DNA from: Planctomycetia bacterium
GTDB lineage: Bacteria > Planctomycetota > UBA8108 > SXIK01
Direction of reading: 5' to 3'
Length of the DNA: 64,000 nt
Assembly: GCA_005772855.1 (NCBI GenBank)
Contig: SXIK01000066.1
Location: 1,532 to 65,531, forward strand
Shown: in pieces, positions 48,297 to 58,262 of the stretch
How positions within the stretch are numbered: position 1 is the first letter of the stretch
How the letters are laid out: every line of letters begins with the position of its first letter
Translations under genes and position numbers: made by a program
Notes under the pieces: model-generated
The model's database searches: none
Told to the model about the DNA's origin: nothing
Seen by the model: only the letters and a program-made list of their open reading frames with translations

Positions 48297-51200
48297 TCAC
48301 CAATCAACGATGATTGTCGAGTAGTCCACAACACCCGGAACTTTCACGCTGGCTCGCAGCTGGTTTCCGCTTTTCCCTACCCAGCCGTTATAGGGGAAAT
48401 CCTCGCCCGGAGTGAGCGTGACACTTCGTCCGCTCGCCGTGGTAATACGCAGCTTGCCATCCGGCTGAAGTCGAAGCGAGAGAAGTGATTTCTCCCCCTC
48501 GCCCTTCCTTCCAGCGCCATCGTGCAAGACGAACACGTCCGGGCACGAGTCCCCGTTCCGGGCCCCCTCCCCCTGGGCGATGCACACATCGGCGCCCCGT
48601 ATCGGAAGGCGCTTCTCCGTCTCAAGACAAAGCTCTGTGCGCACTTCGGAGAGGCGATCTTGAATCAACTTGAGGCGCTTCGCGTTTCTCTGCGGATCGG
48701 AGAAAATAGAAGTCTCCATGGAGAAATGATCGGTTACCCAGGCCTCCACCTCGGCTCCCGAAACCTTTCCGTTGAGCTCCAGCGGCCCGATCGTTCGATT
48801 CGCAAGTGTAATGCGAAGGCTTCCAGTCAGGCTCTCTCTGGGCTCGGCTTCAAGATCGTGGATCGCCTTGTCCTTCCGGACACTGACACGCTCAAGAACT
48901 TGTTGTCGATCCCGGTAATACCCGAGGCCTCTGATCCCAAGGAATCCCAGAAGCACGACAAGACCGGCCAAGGCCCCGTAGAGAAGTCCTGTGTACGCTC
49001 GCTCCGTGCTCCCCTTCGTCGCCTCGAACTCGAACTTGCGCTGGAGCGGTGTCTTGCCCCTGATATCGAGCTGAAGCGTATGTTTTCCAAAACCTGCCGG
49101 GGTATAGGGGACAAAGACCACGAGGCCCGAGGTCGCCGTGTCGACATCAAGCACCTTCTCGCGTCCGTCCTCGGACACGACGATCGCCGCGACGCTCTTG
49201 CGAAGCGAGTCCTCCGACTCGACCAGCCCGCCGATGCGATACCCCAGACGGATGCTGGAATCCCTGGGAATGCTGAAGACCGGAGGCAAGTCCCTCGTTT
49301 CATAACCTGACGGCCCCTTCTCGAAGCTCATTACCTCCACAAGGGTTCCGCCTCCGCGGACAATATCGAGATCCAGCCCGTCGAACTCGATCGCGTTAGG
49401 CTCGGCCGCCCGATCCGTCAACCGGAGACGAACCTTCACGGCGCTCGTCGAGAGTGGCTTCGTCGAAAACGAGTTGAGAATGAGCACTCCAGGCGGCGTT
49501 CCCTTCTCGGCTTCCCACTGGGTAAATTCGACGTTGAGCTGCTGAGCACCCTCGCCAAGAAGTCCGGGCCGCAAGACAAACAAACGATCAAAGCTCTCCT
49601 TGTCGAGGGACGGCGGCCCGCTGATCTTGACCGAAAGAGGAAGTTTTTGGCCATCATCAAGCTTGATTGTTGTGCCAAGGTCGCGGGACCACTGGAGCTT
49701 GAGGGGCGGCTCCACGAGGAACTTCTCCTCGACCGTCCAACTCGTACCCTGCCCGAGACTGGCTTCGGCACGGACCCTGTAATTACCTTCTTTCTTGGGT
49801 GACCAGACCAGCTCTGTCGAGTCAGAAGAAGCCATCTGGGTGCTGGCTGCATCGACCTCGCCTCCGGAGTAGAGTTGAATCCTGGAATTTCGCTGCGGAG
49901 CCTGCCCTTCGATCGTCACCCGCAAGCGCTCTCGGGCCATGAAGGGCAACACGGTCGCGCCAGCCCCCAGGTCTTGCTCCTCGGCTCGGCTAAAGACGAG
50001 TTGAAGGGTCGACGGGCCAATCGCGACTTTCCGCTGCTCGATGGCCTCGCCCTCCCTCGTGTTCACCGACACCACGAAGCTGTCCTTCAGGCCCTTCTCG
50101 GCGGCGGCGTTGAGGTACGCGGCAAATTCGATCCTCACGCCGAACAGAGCCTCGAGGGTGGCCTCCTTGGGAGGCGGAAGTAGCTCGAACCCCTCAAGCA
50201 CGTTGGCCGGCGTCGTTGAAATGAAGGGTCGCAAGATCAGCTCCTTGCCTGCCTCCTCGCGTTGCGACTTCAATCCACCGCGCACGATGACAGCCCCTTC
50301 GATATACGTACGCTCCCCGCGTCCGATATCCGACGGAGGCGATTTTGTCCAGGCCACCTCGTATTTCAGGGACACGGGGTTCACATCCAGGGTCCCGAGG
50401 GACAACTCAAAGGTGCGTCCACCCGCGTCGCTGATCGTGAGAGCCAGAGTGTTCCTTTTTTCCAGGCTTTCCAGTGAGATCGGCTCCGAACGGAACTTGC
50501 CCTCGGCCTCCGACCAGCGGATGTCGCCCTTGCGCCCGTTGAGATACAACTCGGCGCTCACAACCTTCTCCGTTCCGGTCTTCCCGGTGGCCGACGCAGG
50601 CTCCACGCTCACCCAGATCACTCCTTCGCCCTGGCTACTTGACTGGTCGGTTCCCGCGCCGAGCAGGACCCTCTGGTCGGTGCCTTGCGAGCTCTTCACG
50701 ACCGTTGCCGAGAATGGACAGGGGCGCACGTTGAAAAAACAGGCGGCGATATCCTGCCCTAGCTTGGCCAGTGGCGAGCTGACGACAAGCTTGTGAGTAC
50801 CCGGATCAAGCACCACGGCCTCAAGGGTGCCTATCAAGGCGTCACCTTGCAGGGTCAGGTCAACATGATGAATCTGCTCGGACTCGCCGATCGTGACATT
50901 CGCAGGCTGCGATTGCCAGACGCTGAGAAGATCACGTTGAGTCTGCGCATTCTGGCCGCCCATCGCACGCAAGCGGAAGCGAATGGCTGATCCACGCTGG
51001 CCCAGGAGCACGTCCCCGTCGATGGGCTCGATCACTATTCCGAGCGCCCTGGTGCGTGAGAAGACCTCGTAGTCTTCCGTGATGACTCGATCCATCGATC
51101 CGTCATTCCATTTCATGACGACATGAAGCTTCGCTGGTCCCGTGTGAAAGTCAGTCGTGGCAAACGCGAGCGAATAGTGCCCGTCGAGTTCCTTCACAGC

Positions 51201-53585
51201 CTTGACCTCCTGGGGAGCGCCCACATCCTTTCGAGCCCAGGTGAGAGTGCCAGCAATCGAGCTTTTTACCTTATCAGGAAAGACCTGGCTGGGAGAAACC
51301 CTGAACAGTAGTGGACTGCCAGCCAGTACAGTGGGCTTCCCCGCCTCAGTTTCGAGGGCTCTTCCCCCCTCCGAGGTGAATCCAGCTGTGAACGCTCGGG
51401 GCTTCACCTCAAGCCTGTCACAGCGTTGGTCGCTTGTCGGATCAGGACCCATGGGTCTCTTCTCGGGCCATGCAATCAGATAAATCCCCGGCTCCAGCCC
51501 GCCGAGCTCTCCGCGGTAGTTGGCCGAGATCTCAGCGTCACCAGATCTTGGCGTCTCGCTGACAAGAGTCACCTGCCGGACAAGCACCCAGCTACCGCTC
51601 GCATCATCCCTCTTCAGGAGAGAAATCTTTGAAGGTGCTGATGACTCTGTCTCCCAATACTGGGCGGTGGCAGCCGGCGTGAGGTGATTCATGGTGCGCG
51701 ATCTCGAGATCTGCACAATTTCACCCTGATAGAACGCGCCGAGGTCACGCCCCTGGGCACTATCGGTACCATCCTTCGAGTACTGGCTGCCCGGCGGACG
51801 AAAGTCGTCGCGAAGAACCCTCAGACTAAACAGGGCTTCCTGAACGCCGCCGGCCTTCACTGTCACCTTCGCCTCGTAGAGACCGGGCGTTGTGGGAAAA
51901 ATCCAGTCACTCGAGAAAGTCCGGGGAACGCCACCAGAATCCTTCATGCGAAGTCTGCGTGCGGCGCTCTCGCCGACGGCTCCGAATGTCGCGCTGACCT
52001 CCGTCTCCGCAAGAGACTCCTGTCCTCCGTAAGTGAGCTCAAGCCTCACCTCCTGACCCAGCTCCACATCCACATTGCGCCGGCTCGCAGGACGAGAGGC
52101 GCTTTCGGGCTCGCCCTTCCAATTCTTTCGCACAAACCAGTCGAAGCTCGACGGCACTACCATGAAAGAACGGTCGGGGGCCCGGCTGAGAGGCCGTTTA
52201 CTGACCGCGCTATCAGCCGAGGCCCCCGTGTACACGAGGCTGGCTTTCGTTCTCAGGAAGAAAGACTCCTGAATCTTGGCCTCCCCCTTGGGCGAGGACG
52301 TGGGGATAAAGTAGAGACGGTTTCCAGCTCCCGCTGAAATTTCGGCTGCGGAAAGCGATTTGTTATCAAGAATCTTGCCTTCCGAATCACTCAGCTCGAT
52401 CTTCACACTCGACTTCTTCAACGTGTCCTGAATCGAACGAGCGCGCTCGGGGGTGAGGTCGGCGGGCAAAGAGATCCGGAATCGAATGGGATAGACCTCG
52501 TTCTCGCTGATCTTTGTCTTCACACCCTCGGCAGCGACCGTACCCTCATCTCCAAGGCCTGGAAGCGCCTCCAGCCGAACATTGGAAATCACGAAGACGT
52601 CGCCCGACGCCGGAACGCCGCTGCGGCTGGGCAAGAACTCAACCCATTCCGGCCAACGAACATTCTCTCCCGGGCTCAAGACGACCACGGTACGGTTGCG
52701 ATAGGGGGTGATGGTCGCATCAAACTCGCCGCTGATCAGCTTCGGGTTGTCGAGGTTGATATCCATCTCTCTCGACCCTATTCGGAGCTTCACATCTCGG
52801 GCATTTCTCTGGAAGACGCAGAAGAGTTGCCGGTCCGTTGGCCAGGTGGCCAGACGTGCCGAGATCGGTTCACGGTGGAAGGACATGTGGGGGGCAATCA
52901 GCTCAATCAAGATGTCCTCAATTCCCCGTTCAGGCTGGACTTGTGCCGCAGCACCCCCCGTCTTTCTGGCAAGATCCCGCAACAGGTCCTCCCCGGCCTG
53001 AAGTTGCTTGTCTTCATAGTAGAGCTTCTCGCGACGACGCTTCTCCCGCTCTGCCTTCGGGATCGAAAAGTCGTTGAGGAGGATCGTGTTGATGGCCAGG
53101 CCGATCTCTTGTAAGCCTCTTTTCTCCTCATCGAGACGACCCGCCAGGTTGGGAGCCTTGCCAGCCTGCACGCCGTCAGAAAGAAGGAAGAGATGAACGT
53201 CAGCAGCGCGGCCTTCCGGCTGGACGATCTTGCGGGCAAGGCTCAGCGCCGCGCCAATATCCGTGTCTCCCAGAGGCGGATCCTCCGAGATCAGTTTTCT
53301 GAGCGCTTCAAGATTCTGCGGACGCACCACCTCCCGGGAAAGGACAGCCTCAGGCGTGCCAGCAAAGCGGATAATCGTGAGACGGTGAGTCTCGTCCAGG
53401 CCTTGCACCAGGAGGTCCACCAGGATCTTCTGCGCATCGAAGCGGCAGTTGTAGGGATCATTCTGCGTCATGCTCTCGGAACGGTCGAGAACAAGAACCC
53501 AGTCCGTCTCCGCAGCGGATCTGGTAGTGAGCAGAAACTGCATGAGGGCGGCAGCAGACAAGACGACAAGCCTATTGTGCATCAT
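48297..53585 (-). CDS. Giant (1762 aa) signal-peptide protein with an N-terminal von Willebrand A (MIDAS) domain, long beta-rich ectodomain, single C-proximal TM helix and a cytoplasmic tail
   Basis: Signal peptide MMHNRLVVLSAAALMQFLLTTRSAAETDW. VWA with MIDAS LVLDRSESM...TDIGAAL...LSDG. About 1300 aa of repetitive beta-strand-like sequence. TM helix YTGLLYGALAGLVVLLGFLGIRGLGYY followed by about 270 cytoplasmic residues. The start is 9 nt after the upstream gene stop. Confidence 0.8.
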   Translation of the reverse strand: MMHNRLVVLSAAALMQFLLTTRSAAETDWVLVLDRSESMTQNDPYNCRFDAQKILVDLLVQGLDETHRLTIIRFAGTPEAVLSREVVRPQNLEALRKLISEDPPLGDTDIGAALSLARKIVQPEGRAADVHLFLLSDGVQAGKAPNLAGRLDEEKRGLQEIGLAINTILLNDFSIPKAEREKRRREKLYYEDKQLQAGEDLLRDLARKTGGAAAQVQPERGIEDILIELIAPHMSFHREPISARLATWPTDRQLFCVFQRNARDVKLRIGSREMDINLDNPKLISGEFDATITPYRNRTVVVLSPGENVRWPEWVEFLPSRSGVPASGDVFVISNVRLEALPGLGDEGTVAAEGVKTKISENEVYPIRFRISLPADLTPERARSIQDTLKKSSVKIELSDSEGKILDNKSLSAAEISAGAGNRLYFIPTSSPKGEAKIQESFFLRTKASLVYTGASADSAVSKRPLSRAPDRSFMVVPSSFDWFVRKNWKGEPESASRPASRRNVDVELGQEVRLELTYGGQESLAETEVSATFGAVGESAARRLRMKDSGGVPRTFSSDWIFPTTPGLYEAKVTVKAGGVQEALFSLRVLRDDFRPPGSQYSKDGTDSAQGRDLGAFYQGEIVQISRSRTMNHLTPAATAQYWETESSAPSKISLLKRDDASGSWVLVRQVTLVSETPRSGDAEISANYRGELGGLEPGIYLIAWPEKRPMGPDPTSDQRCDRLEVKPRAFTAGFTSEGGRALETEAGKPTVLAGSPLLFRVSPSQVFPDKVKSSIAGTLTWARKDVGAPQEVKAVKELDGHYSLAFATTDFHTGPAKLHVVMKWNDGSMDRVITEDYEVFSRTRALGIVIEPIDGDVLLGQRGSAIRFRLRAMGGQNAQTQRDLLSVWQSQPANVTIGESEQIHHVDLTLQGDALIGTLEAVVLDPGTHKLVVSSPLAKLGQDIAACFFNVRPCPFSATVVKSSQGTDQRVLLGAGTDQSSSQGEGVIWVSVEPASATGKTGTEKVVSAELYLNGRKGDIRWSEAEGKFRSEPISLESLEKRNTLALTISDAGGRTFELSLGTLDVNPVSLKYEVAWTKSPPSDIGRGERTYIEGAVIVRGGLKSQREEAGKELILRPFISTTPANVLEGFELLPPPKEATLEALFGVRIEFAAYLNAAAEKGLKDSFVVSVNTREGEAIEQRKVAIGPSTLQLVFSRAEEQDLGAGATVLPFMARERLRVTIEGQAPQRNSRIQLYSGGEVDAASTQMASSDSTELVWSPKKEGNYRVRAEASLGQGTSWTVEEKFLVEPPLKLQWSRDLGTTIKLDDGQKLPLSVKISGPPSLDKESFDRLFVLRPGLLGEGAQQLNVEFTQWEAEKGTPPGVLILNSFSTKPLSTSAVKVRLRLTDRAAEPNAIEFDGLDLDIVRGGGTLVEVMSFEKGPSGYETRDLPPVFSIPRDSSIRLGYRIGGLVESEDSLRKSVAAIVVSEDGREKVLDVDTATSGLVVFVPYTPAGFGKHTLQLDIRGKTPLQRKFEFEATKGSTERAYTGLLYGALAGLVVLLGFLGIRGLGYYRDRQQVLERVSVRKDKAIHDLEAEPRESLTGSLRITLANRTIGPLELNGKVSGAEVEAWVTDHFSMETSIFSDPQRNAKRLKLIQDRLSEVRTELCLETEKRLPIRGADVCIAQGEGARNGDSCPDVFVLHDGAGRKGEGEKSLLSLRLQPDGKLRITTASGRSVTLTPGEDFPYNGWVGKSGNQLRASVKVPGVVDYSTIIVDW

Positions 53586-53594
53586 GGTGTTGAA

Positions 53595-55475
53595 CTAGTT
53601 CTTCGGCGGCGCAAGGCCGCCTTCCTCTGTGACGGAATTGGGACTATTCTCGTGGACTTCTCCAGGCGGCGGAGGCCCCGGAGGCTCTGCGGGGGCCACG
53701 TCCAAAGCCTGAGCTGACATCATCGAATACGTGATGGGCGGAAGCCCGAACTTCACTCCCAGGGAATTCACATGAGCCTCAATGGGCTTCAGAATGCCGA
53801 CGTCCGGTTGAAGCGTCCAGGCGTCGCCCAACAACTTTCGCGCCTCGATGACCGCATCGCGATCGACGCTCGATCCTCCGCAAATGGCGACGATCCTGTC
53901 GAGCTTCGCGCTGGCTTCGGCCACGTTCGTCTGCAACTCAAGGCGTCTCGAGAGCGGCTCAAAAATGGGATGGACCGAACGGAGTCGGGCAATCCTCACT
54001 CTGGCTTCCTCAAAGAGCCCTCTCGAGATCGAGTGCGCAATCTCCTTCTCCAGCTCATCGCGCCTCACGCTCGCCAATCGGAGTTGGATCTCATCGCGAA
54101 GATCGGACTCCATCCCGAGCGCCCGTCGCAAGAGCCCGATCGCAACATCCTTCTCCCCTGACGACAGGAGTTCGTTTGCGGTCTGCAAGAGGTGCTTCGC
54201 CACTCGGCCCTGACACTCCCGGTGAAGACGTGCTGCCTCCACCCTCTCGACGTCAGTCCTCGCCGAGTTGAGGAGAACTTCGGACTGCTGAACGAGGTCG
54301 GCCGGCGGGACCCTGAGCTGAAGACCTTCTTCCAGAAGATTGAGCCGCTTGCGGAACGTGTCAAGCAGCCCCTGGCGCTCTCGAATTTCGCGCGCAGCAA
54401 CCAAATCCTTTTCAAGCCGCGCGAGGCGCACGCTCAGAAACTTCAGCGGGCTCACTTTCCGGGGCTCGCTCCTGGAGAGGTCCTCTCTCGCCCGGCTGAT
54501 CTCGGCGGCGGCTCGTGCTGAATGCGCGGTGCCCTGCTCGAGTCGGCCCAGACGGAGACAATCCTCCGCTTCTGCGAGAATATCCTCGATCTGTCCCTGA
54601 ATTCTGGCGAAAGTCTTGGTTTCCGACGCAAAGCTTGCAGGGATATCCCCGTCGCAAAGGAAGAGCGCAAAGCTCGCTGGTTCGCCTCGCCCCGGCGGAC
54701 ACTTTCGCCACTCTGCCCTGGCAACGCGCAACAAGTCCTTTATGTTGGCAATTTCCTCTGCGTTCTCCCCAAGGCTCTGCAAGTGCTGAAGAATTCGGGC
54801 CAGGTTGAGGAGAGCGGCGGGGACACGCTGCGGATCATTGGCTGCGAGAATGAGGTTGTCGCGCCCTGCTGAATCGCCCAGTCGGATTTGTGTCACTGCG
54901 AGGTTGTTGCGTGCGACTGACAAGAACGGGTAACCTCGCTCGATCGCCTTCAGAAAAAGACCCCGGGCGAGGGAAGGATTCTCCGCGTAACGAAGCCATC
55001 CCAGCAAGAAACAGGTCACGGAGAAAATGCTGTCGTTGAACTCGGCATACTCACGCAGCAACTCAAGCTCCCGGAGTACGACAGCACGCCGACCGCTTCC
55101 CTTGCGAAGGAGTTGCACCTTGTCAGAAGCGTCGTGCAGCATGTCATCGAGAGGCGAGAGAGCGGGGCAGTCTCGAATCCGCCGCTCCGACGGGTCGCCT
55201 TCCATCTGGACAAAGTCATCCGGACCGAGCTCCCAGCGAGAGATCATCTCGCGCAAGGTTCGCACGCTCACTCGCCCGCTAGCGCCATCGGCTCCACGGC
55301 GACGGTAAAAAACCGTCCTCACGGCAGAAGGCGGGCTCGGATTGTCAGGGAGAAGGGCTTCGGTCTTCACAGGCTTTTCTACAAGGCACTGATTATAAAT
55401 GAAAGTCGTGGAAGTTCGAGGCGCAGCAGAGGCCCTCTTACCCTGTTTCGCGTTGCCTGCTCCCGAACAAGGCAA
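53595..55475 (-). CDS. Hypothetical 626-aa protein, predominantly alpha-helical/coiled-coil; first gene of the cluster
   Basis: Long ORF on the cluster strand ending 9 nt before the VWA gene start. Heptad-rich sequence (LEKDLVAAREIRERQGLLDTFRKRLNLLEEGLQL...). No motif recognised. Confidence 0.55.
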   Translation of the reverse strand: MPCSGAGNAKQGKRASAAPRTSTTFIYNQCLVEKPVKTEALLPDNPSPPSAVRTVFYRRRGADGASGRVSVRTLREMISRWELGPDDFVQMEGDPSERRIRDCPALSPLDDMLHDASDKVQLLRKGSGRRAVVLRELELLREYAEFNDSIFSVTCFLLGWLRYAENPSLARGLFLKAIERGYPFLSVARNNLAVTQIRLGDSAGRDNLILAANDPQRVPAALLNLARILQHLQSLGENAEEIANIKDLLRVARAEWRKCPPGRGEPASFALFLCDGDIPASFASETKTFARIQGQIEDILAEAEDCLRLGRLEQGTAHSARAAAEISRAREDLSRSEPRKVSPLKFLSVRLARLEKDLVAAREIRERQGLLDTFRKRLNLLEEGLQLRVPPADLVQQSEVLLNSARTDVERVEAARLHRECQGRVAKHLLQTANELLSSGEKDVAIGLLRRALGMESDLRDEIQLRLASVRRDELEKEIAHSISRGLFEEARVRIARLRSVHPIFEPLSRRLELQTNVAEASAKLDRIVAICGGSSVDRDAVIEARKLLGDAWTLQPDVGILKPIEAHVNSLGVKFGLPPITYSMMSAQALDVAPAEPPGPPPPGEVHENSPNSVTEEGGLAPPKN

Positions 55476-55623
55476 AGCTCAAATTTGACCATGAGTTCTC
55501 TCGAAAAGCAAACGTTCGATTTCTTCCGACTCTTGCGCGGGGCGTAGCCCGAATGACTCTCAGGGGCTCCCTGGCCAGGTGGACTGGATGAGAGCCCACG
55601 TCGAGCACAACAGCGGCCATATA

Positions 55624-57198
55624 TTATCGGCCGTACTCGTTTCCAGAGTTTCGGTCAACGCCAGCGTGCGGCCCTGGCCGCTCACCTCGACTGCCTGGAG
55701 TGAAGGATTCGAAAAGCCAGCGGGCTCCAGGCCTCGAGGTAACTCCACGCCGAGAGATGCTCTCGATCACAAGAGCCAGGAAGAGGACTCCGACCTCGAC
55801 CGACACCACAACCTCGTCGAAAAAGGTTCTGCCGCTCTCAAAGCCAAGGCATGACCCTGGATAATGGTAATCGAGCCAAAACCTGACATAGTAGATTGAC
55901 AAGATGCCGGGCGCGAGCAGCCATGCCCGCTTCCGAACGAAAGGCAAGAGAGGCAGGCACCAGGTGAAATACCAGGGGAAGCCAAGGGGTCCGGCCAGGA
56001 AAAGAAGGGTGAGCACCGCGAAGACCGACCTTGCGAGCTCCCCAGGCCTCGTCTCTCGACAGGTACGAGCAGCATGAAGGAAAACGACCGCCAGAACGAG
56101 TAGTCCGACGGCTGCATGAGCGGCGAACCACGGCGACCCCAGAAGCTGAAACCCTCTGTCAATCCACGGGAAGATCGCATCGTTCATCTCCCAGTTCTGC
56201 GCAAAGGCAAGAAGCGTCTCCTGCCGCCGGGCGGCGCCCACGGGAAACGCAAGAAGGGCGGAGAGCGTGACAAGGGTGAAGCCAAGGAGAAAAATTCCGC
56301 CGCGTTTGGGACTCCAGTTTCTGAAAACTATCGGAAGTACGACCACAGCAAAGAGCTTTGTGCCCGTGGCGGCTCCAAGGCACAAGCCGCACACCAGCGG
56401 CCAGCCACGAGCCTGCGCCGCCAGCGTGGCGACAAGAAAAAAAGTCGGAACCGAATCCATGTGGCCGGAGTTCGAGAACTCCTTGAGGACGAGCGGGCAC
56501 CACGCGTAGAGGACCGACAGACCAGGGTTGAGCCCACTTCGGCCAAGGAGAAAAATGAGCGAGGCGATGGTGGCCAGATCGAAGAGACCGAGTATCGCCT
56601 TCATCGCCCCCACCTGCGTCGCCACTCCCCACTCCACGGGCACGAGGGTCGAGTGGGCTCGAAACACCATCTGTGCCCCGGCCGGGTAAATAGTCGCATA
56701 CTGGCGGTTGTTGATCCGATCGAAGATCTCATTGAGCGCTGGCGAACTCTTCTTGAGTGCAACGAGGCGAGCCAGTTGTGCCACATGGCCCGGCAACAAG
56801 GCCTCACCACCCGCCTCGAAGCCTTCAACCTCCACCGGGCTGAAAAGGTACGGGTCGACGCCAGCCTGCAGAACACGGCCATCCCAGAGGTAACGGTAGA
56901 TATCGTCCTCCTGGATCGGATTCGAGGCAATCAGCAGGAGCCGGGCGGCGACAGCCACCCCCAAGACAAGCCGAGGCCGGGGTGGCGATCTGAGGGCCTG
57001 CATCGAGAACGCCGCATAAAAAATGCCCCAGGCGAGCAGCACCATGACAACGATGAGAATCGGCCTCTCCGCATGGCCGACTCCGTGAACGAACTGAAAG
57101 GAAAGGCCGAGAAGCACCGCAGCGAAGGCCAGCGTGACGATGCCCAGAAGGCGCCAAAGATGCGGTTGAGGGAGAAGCGGGCCGGGGGGCGTTTCCAC
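55624..57198 (-). CDS. Polytopic membrane protein, GT-C-fold glycosyltransferase-like (DUF2029/GT87-like)
   Basis: At least 10 hydrophobic helices. An early extracytoplasmic loop with acidic motif PIQEDDIYRYLWDG, typical of lipid-linked-sugar-dependent GT-C transferases. 524 aa. Confidence 0.6.
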   Translation of the reverse strand: METPPGPLLPQPHLWRLLGIVTLAFAAVLLGLSFQFVHGVGHAERPILIVVMVLLAWGIFYAAFSMQALRSPPRPRLVLGVAVAARLLLIASNPIQEDDIYRYLWDGRVLQAGVDPYLFSPVEVEGFEAGGEALLPGHVAQLARLVALKKSSPALNEIFDRINNRQYATIYPAGAQMVFRAHSTLVPVEWGVATQVGAMKAILGLFDLATIASLIFLLGRSGLNPGLSVLYAWCPLVLKEFSNSGHMDSVPTFFLVATLAAQARGWPLVCGLCLGAATGTKLFAVVVLPIVFRNWSPKRGGIFLLGFTLVTLSALLAFPVGAARRQETLLAFAQNWEMNDAIFPWIDRGFQLLGSPWFAAHAAVGLLVLAVVFLHAARTCRETRPGELARSVFAVLTLLFLAGPLGFPWYFTWCLPLLPFVRKRAWLLAPGILSIYYVRFWLDYHYPGSCLGFESGRTFFDEVVVSVEVGVLFLALVIESISRRGVTSRPGARWLFESFTPGSRGERPGPHAGVDRNSGNEYGR

Positions 57199-57254
57199 AG
57201 GTGGGAGTATACGCGGGAGTTCACTCCTGGACGGACGCGTTACAATCTGCCGTC

Positions 57255-58238
57255 ATGTCCAACCCAAAGGTCGGCGTATTACTGGCCCAGCTCGGAACTC
57301 CCGAAGCGCCCACGGCGGAAGCGCTACGGCCCTACCTCAAGGAATTCCTCAGCGACCCTCGCGTGATCGAAGTGAACCGTGCGCTCTGGTGGCTGATCTT
57401 GAACGGCATCATTCTGCGCTTCCGACCCAGGCGCTCCGCCGCGCTTTACCAGCGCATCTGGAGGCCCAACGGCTCGCCTCTGCGCATCTACACGGCGGAG
57501 CAGGCTTGCGCCCTTCAAGGCAAGCTGGGAAGCCAGGTCGCTGTCGACTTTGGCATGCGCTACGGCAAGCCGTCGGCCTCCACGGTCCTCGACAAGCTCT
57601 GCGCTCTGGGAATTGAGAAGTTGCTCATCTTCCCCATGTTTCCCCAGTACTGCGCCGCCACGACAGCCTCGGTTTACGACGCCGTCTTCGATCACTTCAA
57701 GGCAAGGCGAGTTGTGCCTGCGATTCGCTTCGTGCCACCTTATCCAGCGCATCCGGCATACATTGGCGCTCTGGCCACCATCGCGAGGCAGGAGTTTGCA
57801 CGCCTCCCGTGGAAGCCAGACAAGATCCTCTTCTCCTTTCATGGGATTCCAAAGCGCTACATCGACAAGGGGGACCCCTACAAGGCACATGTGGGCGCCA
57901 CCGCCTGCGCGCTCGCTGATGCGCTCGGATTGCAACCTGCCGATTACGAGCTCTGCTTTCAATCTCGCTTCGGCAAGGAGGAATGGCTACAACCCTACAC
58001 AGACGAGAAGCTCGGGGAGTTGGCTCGCTCGGGCGTCAGGAAAGTTGTTGCGTTGTGCCCCGGTTTCACAACAGACTGCCTCGAAACGATCGACGAAATT
58101 GGCCGGGAGTCACGGCACAAGTTCAAGGAGGCTGGAGGTGAGGAGTTGCAACTCGTTCCTTGCCTCAACGATCACCCGGCCTGGATCGAGGCCATGGCAA
58201 CCATCGCACATGAGGAGCTTTCAGGATGGGGAGTTTAG
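57255..58238 (+). CDS. hemH: Ferrochelatase
   Basis: ORF 57201..58238, trimmed to the ATG at MSNPKVGVLLAQLGTPE. Conserved ferrochelatase blocks (RYGKPS, FPMFPQY, SFHGIP) and the C-terminal Cys/His region. Confidence 0.9.
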   Translation: MSNPKVGVLLAQLGTPEAPTAEALRPYLKEFLSDPRVIEVNRALWWLILNGIILRFRPRRSAALYQRIWRPNGSPLRIYTAEQACALQGKLGSQVAVDFGMRYGKPSASTVLDKLCALGIEKLLIFPMFPQYCAATTASVYDAVFDHFKARRVVPAIRFVPPYPAHPAYIGALATIARQEFARLPWKPDKILFSFHGIPKRYIDKGDPYKAHVGATACALADALGLQPADYELCFQSRFGKEEWLQPYTDEKLGELARSGVRKVVALCPGFTTDCLETIDEIGRESRHKFKEAGGEELQLVPCLNDHPAWIEAMATIAHEELSGWGV

Positions 58239-58262
58239 CGCCACGGGAGTGAAACCAGGAGC

